DNA from: Acanthaster planci
Taxonomy: Eukaryota
Assembly (NCBI RefSeq): GCF_001949145.1
Contig: NW_019091358.1
Coordinates: forward strand, 3,754,569 to 3,818,568
DNA: 64,000 nt
Reading direction: 5' to 3'
A program made the position numbers and the translations under genes. How positions within the stretch are numbered: the first letter of the stretch is position 1; every line of letters starts with the position of its first letter. Positions 12,001 to 24,000 of this stretch are shown here, in pieces. The notes beneath the pieces were generated by a model. It ran no database searches. It was not told the origin of the DNA and was given only the letters and a program-made list of their open reading frames with translations.

Positions 12001-15000
12001 TGACTAACTGATTCATGAAATGAGTCCTTGGTCCACTACTGCAGAGATTTGTCTTGGCCGGTACTGCTTTTGACACCTTTTAGCCATATCCCAGCTGTAC
12101 TGTATTTCAGACCCAAGTGCTGTCCAGCACACATTATCAGTGGTTACAGTGCATCCGGATCTGTTGTCTAGAACTAGGTCTAGGTCTCTGCTCCATTAGA
12201 AACATATGGAGACACATTGGCAGTAGACTTAGCCTCAGCTCAAGAAGGCTGTTTTAGACGTGGCCTTCGCTAACTAAATGGCTCACTCAGTAGCTTTGCA
12301 GCATTTGGCACTAATCTTGGAGCAACCACTGCTTTCTCTTGGCAGTTACACCGGCGAGGACGAAGTGTCTAACATGGCCCTCTTGAGAGTCAAGATGCAG
12401 ACCGGCTTCATCCCAGTCAAATCTACCCTGACCGATGACGGACTGAAGCGGCAGTCGGAGGCCTTCCGAAAGGTGGAGATTGAGGGCAAGATGATCGAGT
12501 TCTACTTTGACGAGGTGAAGTTGGTCTTGTGCCTTGTCTCCTGTGTATCAGAAATTGTTGTGTAGGAAGTTGGTGCTGAGTCAGTTCTGAAGGGAATCCT
12601 GAGTAAACACACTTCTCTCTTTGAGATGAGTGGGGTAAAGGGACAATGCAAAATTTTGGGAAAACAGGTGATAATTTGAAGTTTACCGCACAGGCAAGGT
12701 TTTATGAGGGGAATAGTGGTCTATCTTAGAGTAAAATCTCAAGTGAGAAACCTTGAGTTGCCCATTGTTAAATTTACTTTGTTCCCTAAGAGTTGCAGTC
12801 CATGTAAATTCTCTTTAAACTGAATGACGGTTTGTCGTCAGCTCCTAAGATTTCCAATCTGTGTAATGTGCTTATTACAGCTGACTGCCGAGGAGACCTG
12901 CCTTGTGTTCAGCATTGAGAAGAGCATTGACGTGAAGGACATCAAGGATGGAGCAGTCACCATCATGGACTACTATGAGCAGGGTGAGTACCAAGTCAGA
13001 TGTTTCTGCGAATAGCAAGGAGTCCTCCTTTAACCAAGGAGTCCTCCTTTAACTACTTGCTGATGATGATGCCCGATGAAGAGACTCTCCCACATTCCTG
13101 TACAAATTTGGTCTTTACAAATGCTGACCCATGGTGGTCATTTTCCCAAGATTTGTGTGAAATTTCCAAAGTCAGAAATAATTGCTGCAGTGCCCAGTGT
13201 AAAACCCAAATCCTCTTGAAGGCTCCATGTATGCTCAACCTCCACAGACTTACTTGTCCCTCTGTGTGTGGGGGTGTGTGTGTGTACATTTTCCGTGGGA
13301 ATCATTCAGTTGTGGGGATGAGTATAGATGTACTAACACGGTCGCGTGTGAGACAATGTTTTCAGAATGCTCCCATTTCAACATGAATCATTCTCCTGGA
13401 CTGAAATTTCGACCGAATATCCCTTTATATGAAACACTTCAATTTGCGACGGATTCTTACACATTAAAAATTTCTCTTTTTTGAGCGATTTCATGGTGCT
13501 TTGTGGAAATGCAGGAGAATGTGTTGAATAGGTCTCCACAAGGAATGTGTATATGTGTGTGTATAGGTCTTTACGAGGATTCCGCAAAACACATATTTGG
13601 AAATCGGTCAAAAAAGAGACATTTTTAGTGTGTGAAAATCTGTCGTAAATTGAAGTGTTTCATATAACGGACATTCGGTCAAGACTTCAGCCAAGGAGAG
13701 TGATTCATGTTGAAATGGGAGCATTAGGAAAGCATTGTTTTACACGCGACCGTGTTAGTACTAGAGAACAAAGCCATGTCTCCACAAGGATACAAAGTTC
13801 GGAAAGGTTGTCACGCACTGCTACGTACATAATTCGCTGGAACATATTTAAATTTCCTCCTTTCCGACACCAGAAATCCCCCCTGTTTTTGTAAGTCCTT
13901 CTGTATGACATTGTAAAAGAACCAACAATCGAGTTTATGTGATGTCACTGATCAAACGTTTGGCAGTATTCGGTTGTGCATTCTCTGGGTACCCATTTTA
14001 CTCCCAAGTGTTGCACTTGTCTGGCTTGACCAAAGTCGGAGAGCATGAACAGTGGACAGTAACTGTATGTGTATGAGACCTTGGACTGTCACACTTTCTG
14101 TGAAAATGATGGTGAGCCTACTTCTTTCAAAGCAGTTGGCAGAGTTCTTGTTCAGATGGATAATGTCTTGTTACAATCCTTCAAGTTACACATCGGGGCA
14201 TTTTTCCAAAGTCTCCAGTGGCAGCCATACAGGTTTATAAACACAATATTAATAATAATGAGAATTTATAAGGTGCCAAATCTGTCACAAGTGACACTCG
14301 AAGTGCAAAACAACTTTTACACTACAAAAATACACATGTACATGAATGCATCAAAAACAATATGACAGTTACTGAAAAGTTCCTAACAAATATAGATACA
14401 GTATATGAAAAACAATTACCCAGGTCTGAAGTGTTTAGCCAGGACACAAGACTGTCTTCAAGGCTGCTTTAAATTTTAAGAGTGATAAATTTCGAATATG
14501 AAGAGGGAGTTTATTCCAAAGAGAAGGGCCAGCAAGAGCAAAAGAGCGATCCCCCCATGAGTTATGAGTATGCGGGATGACAAGCAGGAAAGCATCAGAT
14601 AATCTTAGGCGCACGGTCCATCTCCGTGTTTGGGAAGTCTTTGGAGATGGACTCTGTGTTAAGTTTCAACTGGACTGCAGTACATGTCCTTCTGTCATTG
14701 CAAGTACTGCTCTCTGAGATGTTCTTAGAGTGTTGCAAAATGTGAGGTTGTGTTGAGAAATATATCAATATTGTACAACTGACTCTGAAGACACAAATAG
14801 TTCAACCTCTCACAATTTGAATTTCCTCCCCAAGGCCTGTTTGTCTCCGAGATGGTAAAGCTGCCCTGCCCTCAAGACCCCCTCTACCTGGACCCCACCT
14901 TTCAAGACGATGAACCCCTGGAGCCCAAGGAGCCCCTGATCCCCCTGGATCCAAGGGGTCCCTCTGGCCCTCAGTTCCTAGGCCCCTTCAGAGAGGGAAG

Positions 15001-18000
15001 ACCCCTCAGCGTTGGAAGGGGTGACCCTGTAATCCCCGATGTGGCCATAACTGATGACCTGGATATCTCTTGTAAGTTCTACATCACGAAAAAAAAGGTT
15101 TTGTATTTGTGGAGTGGTGTAAATCTAAAGGAAAGGGCAAAATGTCTCAACAAATAATAAGAGTTCCCTCTGTCAAGTGCGGTATATTTCTTTCTACTAA
15201 ACTCCCTAGGGTTTTACTCAGCATCATTATGTCCTCTTTTAGTAGGCCTCACTGTAATCCAGTTGCACAAGAAATTCAGTTCCTCTGAAGAATATTTGTA
15301 GAGAACCGCTGTCTTCTTTTTATTTTGGTTACTTACTAAATTCTTGTCACAAGACTTTTTGTGTTTTGCAATGCAGTTGTGCTTAAATGTCGTCCCTAAT
15401 TTTTTGGTACATTTTGAGTTGTTCCTTTTGGCCATGATTGTTCTGGAGTACCAAAGTGAATATGTCACACTCAGAATTATGTATGTCAAAGACATTAATG
15501 CGAGAACCAGCATGTGAACCAACACAGGTGTGTACTTCATTCGTTTGCATGGCACTTCCTGGTTTTAAATGACGTCACACTTTTGCTCTCTCTACCATTG
15601 GGAATTTGCCTGTTTACTCTCTTTCAGCACTTAATCAGTGTCCTGAGGGTCGTGTCTTTGCCGACGGCGTCAAAAAATGTGTTGGTAAGTTGAAGACGCA
15701 ATGTGTCTCTTTTTGTGCCTCGTGTTGTCATATTCTGCCCGTTCTCCCCTGACTGTGTCCAGCGTCCTTGCTCTGAGTTGTCTGCTTACAGTTCTGCAGT
15801 CGGGGATATTGTTTTGCTTTAAATCGCACAATTTTTTTATTTTCAAAAGCAAACAATGGCCAACAGCAACCTCAGCAGCTGAAGGGTTACTTTACATAAA
15901 CAAGTACATAGAACTTTACAGATGAGTTGATGACGTGATCAAACATCACAAAGATAAGAAGGCTCTGAAAACTATAGATAAATAACGTGTGATAAAACTA
16001 GCTGAATAAAAGTTAAAGACAATACAATTTGCCAATTAAATAAAGTTAATTGTACACAGAGCACTGTGATTGGGGATAAATTAGAAGTGGGGAATAGGAA
16101 ACAAGAAAATGTGAGGATTTGATTAGTAACCTGGAATAGTTGATTTCCTGTGTCTTAATCATGTAACCTAAGACTGAAGAATTGGTGTCACATTCTGATG
16201 CACTTTCACATATTTCCATGTTCATGTTTCTAAAGAGCTTTGAACCCATTGCTCCCATAGGAAGAGCGCACTCATAAACAATGTGTAGTAAACGCGTAGC
16301 CCTTATGTTTGTGAGAAGACATGTCACTGTTGTTGTGTGTGCCTTGTTGGTAATAACGGTCCTCATTTGGTACTTTATTTCAACGTACAGCTCCCATGGG
16401 AGATGCATGCCAAGACGGCACTACATGTGAGGAGGGGTACACTTGTGTAGATACAGACACCGGCACCAAGTGTGTAGGTATGTATCGGAATGACCAAAAA
16501 GTAGATATTTTGACGTTTCTAAACAATATTTTAATTAAAATACCAATGCAGGAGAAAGAAATTGAAATCCAGAGCTTTGTTCGCTAGAAGCCATTATGGA
16601 GTAGAAGTCTTTAATCTGAAGTGTTACACAAAACAGAGGTTCAAATTTCATTGCCCTAGGAAAAAAAGGTTTTGACATCCGTCTGAAAATTTCTGAATGA
16701 GTTATTTCTGCAACTTCATCGGGTACTGTGACCAAACTTGGATTTTTTTCCATTTTATAAATATTTTGTGGCATTACATTTGGATAAACTTGAATCATGC
16801 ATCACAACCACAGATCTAGATGAATGCAGCAAGTATGGGGACATCTGCAAAGGCGACTCCTTCTGCACCAACACAGAGGGAGGTTACCTTTGCGCTAAGC
16901 TGGATTGCGGTGAAGGATACAAGATCTCTGCCCGTGGAATCTGTGAAGGTAGGTTGCAACAGGGCTTGTCATTTCATGCTTTCTGTTCCCATGTCCCATG
17001 CTTGAAAATATCTTGACACCATCAGAGGCCCTTTTGTTCTGTGAAATAACTCCTCGGCCTTTGGGTTCTTGAATAATGCTTATTCTTCTGGGAGGTGGTT
17101 TGGAATAAACAGATTTGTTCAAAGCACTTGCACTCATTTGAAATCCTGTCATAGTCGACATTTTAAGCGTTTCTTCTTTTGTTTCAGTAGCTTTACAAGT
17201 AACAGGAATGCGGTAGAAATGTTTGGTTTTTTTTAAACGGAGGAAGTTTTGTCTGCTTTTTAGATACATTTCATCACTTTGAACTTGGTGCTGTTGGAGG
17301 CAGGAAAAAAATCATGCTATTCGCCTTGCATGTACTTTACATGAATGGTTTCTTAATGTTCTCTGCAGATGTGAATGAGTGTGACACCCCGCAAATCTGT
17401 GGCACATTTGGTATTTGCTTGAACACTGTGGGAAGTTACTTCTGTGAGACCATTAATTTAGAGTGTGTCGAAGGCTTCAGGCTTGCACCAGACTTGCAGT
17501 GCTTAGGTGCGTAAACCAGCCAGAAACTACCAGTGGCTTTTCTTTTGTTTGATCTTTTGTCATTTTTTTTGCCAAATGCAGTGTTGATCATTGAAAGCGT
17601 ACTCAATGACCCGTCTGACCCAACCTAACAAAATGAGTCACAAGTTGCCAGAGCCTTGAGATAATTTCAAGAATCCAAAGAATCTTACAGAGTGTGTTGA
17701 AATCAGTCAGATTCCTCAAGATTTTTCACCCAGATAATGTCCCATTTCATCAGGATGTCAAAAACTGGGATATATGTCAAAACGAAGACCTCAGTTTGCC
17801 CATTATAACCAAAATTAAAAGATGCACTTTAAACAAGACTCTTTTAAATTGGGATCAAGTCACACTTGTGGTTCCAGGAGCAATACGTCCCCCCTCCCCC
17901 CCAAAAAATCACTGTGCACTGCTAAAATGGCAGGTCATACCTGTCATGGTGAAGAAAATATGTTGAACAAATGTACCAGGAGTTGAGAATAAGGACAGGT

Positions 18001-21000
18001 GGATCCAAAAGCAAAGGTGCGTTTGGACACCTTTATCAAGCATTTCTACATCTTCAGCAGTTCTGTGTGTCGGGTATCATTTTCGTCTCTCAACCTTGTT
18101 GAATTGGCCCAGGTCATGTCTTGTCACAAAGTCCCAGGTCATGTCTTGTCACAAAGTCTCAGGTCATGTCTTGTCGCAAAGTCCCAGGTCATGTCTTGTT
18201 ACAAAGTCTGCATTTCAGGCATCGTGCCCTTTACCTCAACATTCTTGCCAGACTAGAAACGTGATTCAACCACATGATCAATTGCTATCAGTTAACCTCT
18301 TCACGGTAGGATTTTTTGACTGTGACTGCTGGGCTTTGGTATGCCCTGAATGGAGGGTTTTGTCCAGCAGCAGGCCCCATTGAACCAGCAGCTGTATAGT
18401 GAATAGACTGTATGTGTGGTATGCACTAATCCTCACACAACAGTGCGGTAGTAGCAGTCCTCTGCAGAGAAGGGGTTAACCCCCTAAGTCTTGGGACTTT
18501 ATTTATGAAAATTCTCCACTGCATTATAAACACCAGTGAGCACAATCTTCAAGATAACCAACCAGGAGGCTTATGGCTTGACTGGATGCTAGCCCCTTTA
18601 AGGCCCCCAGTAGGTTTCAGCTGACTTGGCAGGGGCAGGGCCGAGACAGAGTTGTTCAAATCCTGAATATTCTGGCATTTGGATTTTCGTTTCTTGTCAA
18701 CAGACATAGACGAGTGCTCTGAAACTCCAGACATTTGTGGTCCCGGGAACTCATGCACCAACCAACGAGGCAGCTATATCTGTCTCATTGTAGACTGTGG
18801 CACTGGCTACATCAAGAACGAGAATGGCTCCTGCACCGGTAAGAGCTTACCTTATTTCAGAAATCCAATGGATATCAGTATTTGTATCAAATGTTTCTGA
18901 TTGCCTTAGAAAGGAGGAACTGGCCTATGTTATAATTCCGCTGCCAGAATTTAAACAAAAATGATGCACTGGCCAGATGCAGTGGACAGGTGGTGTGCAT
19001 GCATTACATACCAATCTTCAACCAACCGGGTGTCCTGAATCACTACATGCACTTGTTTGTCAAGCTTAGAAAAATACATGTGGATGTGGTGCCACTGCAG
19101 TTACGGCATCTCCTCTGATTAGTCTTCCAGAAGCTTACCGATAAAGAACCTTATGCCATTTTTGGGGTTTTCCGTACTTTTTGTTCATTATTAATAGACT
19201 GAAATTTCTTCAGACTGACTCCTGCAAACTTGATGGCCCATTTGTTTCATAAGGACCTGGATCGTGATCAGTGATCCCAATGCTGGTTCGCACCATCCAT
19301 TAGGCGAGTTCTGGGGTCTGTAAATCACTGACCACAATCCAGATCTTTGTGAAACAAATAAACCGAATGAACCCAAACCGAATGAACCTTTTTTTTAACC
19401 CCCATCCCCGAAGGTGCAATTTCATCTCCAGTAGATCCTGTTGCATTGAGCACAGTATGGGCTTCAAAGGTGAAGATGCTGAAAATGAAGACAGATAGAT
19501 GGTTTCTGGCTATTAAACATGGTTCCTTTTTGGCTGTACTGGGCGCATCATTGGTAGAACCGCAAATACAGAGAAAAGTCCCAAGTTGTTCAGCTTCTCT
19601 GAGGACTGTTGTGCTCATTGGTACCATGTTGTTAATAGTTTCTATGGCTGCATTTGTGCTTGTTAACCCCTTCGCGCCGGGAAGCAGCTAGAGCCGCCAT
19701 AAAAATTGAGATACTCAGCCCGCTTGTCAGCTATTATTCTCGGCCCACGCTCGAGCGAACACGGTGAAAGAAGGCAGACCCTGGCTCTTGCATACATGGT
19801 GATTGGCCTTTGTGTGTAGCCCAGAAATGAAAAGACAGAATTTGCATCCTAATCACCAGCTTCACAATAGTCCCCACTTAGAAAAGAGGCAACAGGAATG
19901 TGGAAGCGTGAGTAGAGCCGCGTGCCACCGAACAATCAGCCTTTTCACTGTGTAATTCAAAGCTTGCAGAGCACGCAGGGCCACAAAGCGAGAATTTGCG
20001 GTTTGGCAGGTGGCCTTCGTGGCCAAGCGAGGCTGGAATTCTCGGAGTCCGCTTTTGGAAAGAAATTCCCGTCGTCAAGGGGTTAACATGATTACAGCCC
20101 TGAGCAACTAAACAGCAGGAGTGTGACCTTAAAGGCTATGCAAGCAAGAGTGTACTTTCAATCAGATAAGTACTCTTACCATCGCATCATTCTTTTAGGC
20201 TGGCAGAAAGGTATCTGTTGATTGTTATGCGGTGTGAAGCGTGAGCAGTGTGCATGCAGCATTTCCTGCTCTCGGAGTGTCGAGAGCAATGCTTACGAAA
20301 GTAGCCATCATGTTTGTCAGGGATTTTTTGGTGTGTACATTTGTAATCTGTCACCAGACGTGGACGAATGCAAGGATGCGAACACCTGCGAAGAGGGCGA
20401 GACCTGTATGAACACCCCTGGAGGTTACGCCTGCACAATCACCGCCTGTGAGGACGGCTACCGTGCTACGATGGACCCATCAGGGGGGCTTCAGTGCATT
20501 GGTAAGGGAGTGGCTCGATAGCGGGGAGAAGGTCTGTAACTTGAGGGATGCTTCTCCTTGCAAACTCTCAGGAGTCCACAAACATGCACAAAATATATCA
20601 GCGATGGACAAACCTCCCAAAGTGCACTTCATAGTTGAATAAGTTGCTCAGGGAGGGTTGCTCCATGCTTGGGAGCACTGTGCACTCCAAACCACACACC
20701 ATGCTCTTGTGTTGGCTGTCACTCAGAATATGATCAGGAGCTCTTTTATTATTAGGAAGTCCAAGCTGTTTTGGGGGCGGTAATGTACAGAACATCACAG
20801 GAGTAAATAGTCCTCACGCTAACAAAATACCACAGCGTGCAATCAAGGTAGACCTTCAGTGTATGTCATTCATAGTATGAGGAGGATTTGAATGGTGTTG
20901 TGTCCCACACCTTGTAGCTACTGAATAGCTTGGTCTTGCCATCCATTCGCTGGCAGGATGTTTCTGCTGATTCTAGGGGCTTCCCAGTGGTTCACTGGTC

Positions 21001-24000
21001 CCGTTGGCAGCAGGTATAGTCCCCACCATTCAAGTTCATTGATTTCTCTTTCAGTTGAACTTGGTCTCGAAATTTCTCTTTTGGTTTAGACAAGTCTGGT
21101 CATCTGCACACTCAGATCACTTGTCGTTTCTCTCTGTACAGACATTGATGAATGCAATGAAACTCCAGACGTATGCGGTCCAGGGAACCTTTGTGCAAAC
21201 GCACCAGGGAGCTACTTCTGTGCCATTGTTGATTGTGGACTTGGCTTCTTCAAAGATGAGAACGGCAGTTGTGTCGGTAAGAAAAGTTCTTGCCACCTCA
21301 AACAAATCAGCGTTTTGCACATACTGTTTTTTTATCTAAAAATTACCTCCCTTTATAGGAACTGATTTAACCTGAACCACTTTGCACCAGGCCATTATCA
21401 GTGTTCAAGCTGCTGGGCCGGGCGCTTTTCCCCTTTTTTTTTCTGTTTCTAAAATTCTTCAAAAATTTATATCTTCATTTACTGCACGTGTACACCCAAA
21501 AGAATGACCGTCCTGTGTCAACTCTAATCTGACAGGCAACCTCCATTAACATTTGAGTATTACAGCCACGCATGCTGCCAAATAAAGAGCCCCCATTCTG
21601 CAGTGTTGCATAATTTCCTCTTTGTTCCGGGAATCAGCCCTGGACGGCCGCTGTTGCTATGCAAAACGTCTGGGCCATGCATGAGGGTGAACGGGGCCAT
21701 TCAATGGGCACACTGGCACAGTTGACACTGCACAATGTGGCCAGATTCCATGAATGCTCAGTGGTATTGTATCGCTAATTGCTGGAGCACGTGCTTTTGT
21801 CCATGCTGATAATCTGCTGGCGCTGGGAGCGGCAAACAATGGTACTGTTTCAAAAAACAATAACAGATTATTTAAATATAAATATATGTTGGGTTAGGGC
21901 AAAAGCTGTATTTATATGACAGATCAACTCTGCCAATGGCCAGCACCCTACACTGACAGTGTGTGAACCTTCATTGGCAAGTCCCAGCAGCTTGGTCTTT
22001 TCTTTCCAAGTTCAGTCATCCCGACCATGAATAAAGGCCCAGTTTTCCAATCCAGTTAACCCATTGTTGCACATCAATGATGGACTTGCCTTCGCTGATG
22101 GCCCAAACAGGTAACTGACAGCAAGTAGACTTTTCAAAAATGCCCGCAACATTTTTTTTAAAAAGAAAATTCCGATTTCTGGAATGCCGGTCTCAAGGGC
22201 CACACACCATGTCTCTGGTACTGGGCACCCCGGTGCAAAGTGGTTAATAAAAGAATAAATGTTTGATGGAACACTTTTTAAGTAGTACATGAAAACTGAA
22301 TAGAGGCCTGGCAGAGATGAAACTTTTCCACTGTAACATGTCATTCCATTAAACTAAATGGTCTTGCTTGAAACTTTAAACAAGTTTTGGAGAGAAGGCA
22401 ATAAATGAACAGTCACAAATGTCGTCTCTCTTTGGCAGAAATACATGGACTTAGACTAATAGGTTGGCTGGATAAAATGTTCAGAATTGAGTTTTGACAT
22501 TAAAAAATACTGGTCACATGGAGCAGTGTTAGATTGTGTGCATAAGAGCAGTGTTGTGTGCCATATGCCCATGGCATGACTGAGTCTCGCCCCAGATGGG
22601 GGCCAACTACCTCTGTATACTTGGCCCCTCGACTACCCGCCCAAATGTGGAGACTCATGAAAAAGTTTCCTGTGAGCCCCATTTGTCTTAAACGGCTTCA
22701 TTCACCCCATCTGGTCATTAATTCATCAGTATGGATGATTTTCCTTTTGTCCTTGTCGGGGAAATGTTGGTTTCTATTTGGTCGTCTCAACACAGCCATT
22801 CTTTTGCAACAGCGATTCCTTTTTTCATTTTTTGACGGGTGATACACACTGTCGAAATCTGTTTGGTCAAGGAACCAGACAGTGATAAACATGGTGATCC
22901 CAACTGCTGTTTTATCAGTGACTTTGTATCACCCTTAATGAAGCCTTGTGTATGGGTGAGCACTATGATAGTGTTGAAAAAACAGCCGTCTGGTATTGCG
23001 CGTTCTTGTCATGCAATGCTTGTCTGTGCAATCAGGTCACTTGTCATTTCTCTTTAAATAGACATTGATGAATGCGCTGATGCGGGCATTTGTGGTGCAG
23101 AGGGCTTGTGCGAAAACGTGCCAGGTACCTATGCATGTCTTATCATAGACTGTGCACCAGGTTTCCGCGTGGAAGTCAACGGCAGTTGTGTCGGTAAGAA
23201 ACTATTTTGTCACCTCAAACAAATGAAAGGTCGTACCCTAATTTTTTTTTCGTCGTCAAAAAGCTTCCTTAGACAAAATTTCTCAAAGGGACATGAAAAT
23301 ATTTGGGAAGTAAATCATGACACTTGACCTCGTTTTTTAATCATGTCTGCTCCAGATATCAATGAATGTGAAGAATTTGACGGCGTCTGTGAATTCTCAC
23401 AAGTTTGTGTCAACAATGAAGGCAGTTACACGTGTGTTGGTAAGTTCTCTTTCCTTCAAACTGAAGAGTTTCTTATTCTGGATAATTTTATTTATGTCAA
23501 GCATAGAATAGTGTGGTGTTTCCACATTCTTCAGTAGCCTAGTATTCTGCATTATTGTCATCAGTCTGATCGGGTTGAGGCATTTCGATGACCTCTTGAA
23601 AATGTATAAGGGTGTGTAGCTCTCATGAAGACATGTGTTGCCTTCATTGTCCACCTGTACCTCACTGGTTACATTCTAAGTGAAAAACAAATAAAAATTC
23701 TCGTGCGCATTGGATAGTCTTCTTTTGACATCCAGTCATAAGCTATTCAAATGAACTCGGGGGCAAGATTTTTCTGGATTTGTCGGTATTTCCAGAGTTT
23801 TTGTAAAATGAATTGAGGATATGTGGATTCCTGTTTGGCATGGCTTTGCTGAAATAGAATGTATTGTTACCTGAATTTCGTAAGAAAGCAAATGCAAGAC
23901 TTGTGAAAGTTGATGTTTAGATAGTGTGCATTCTTGTGCTGTTACTCTTACTGGAGTGCAGTAGATTGCCACTGAACTGTGGGGGTAGCGTGGTGTCTGC

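Noticed and set aside
1..12983. Calling gene 1 complement C3
   Set aside because: No anaphylatoxin domain after RRKR; bait-like region and motifs are A2M/TEP-type; orthology needs a phylogeny, so no gene symbol is given
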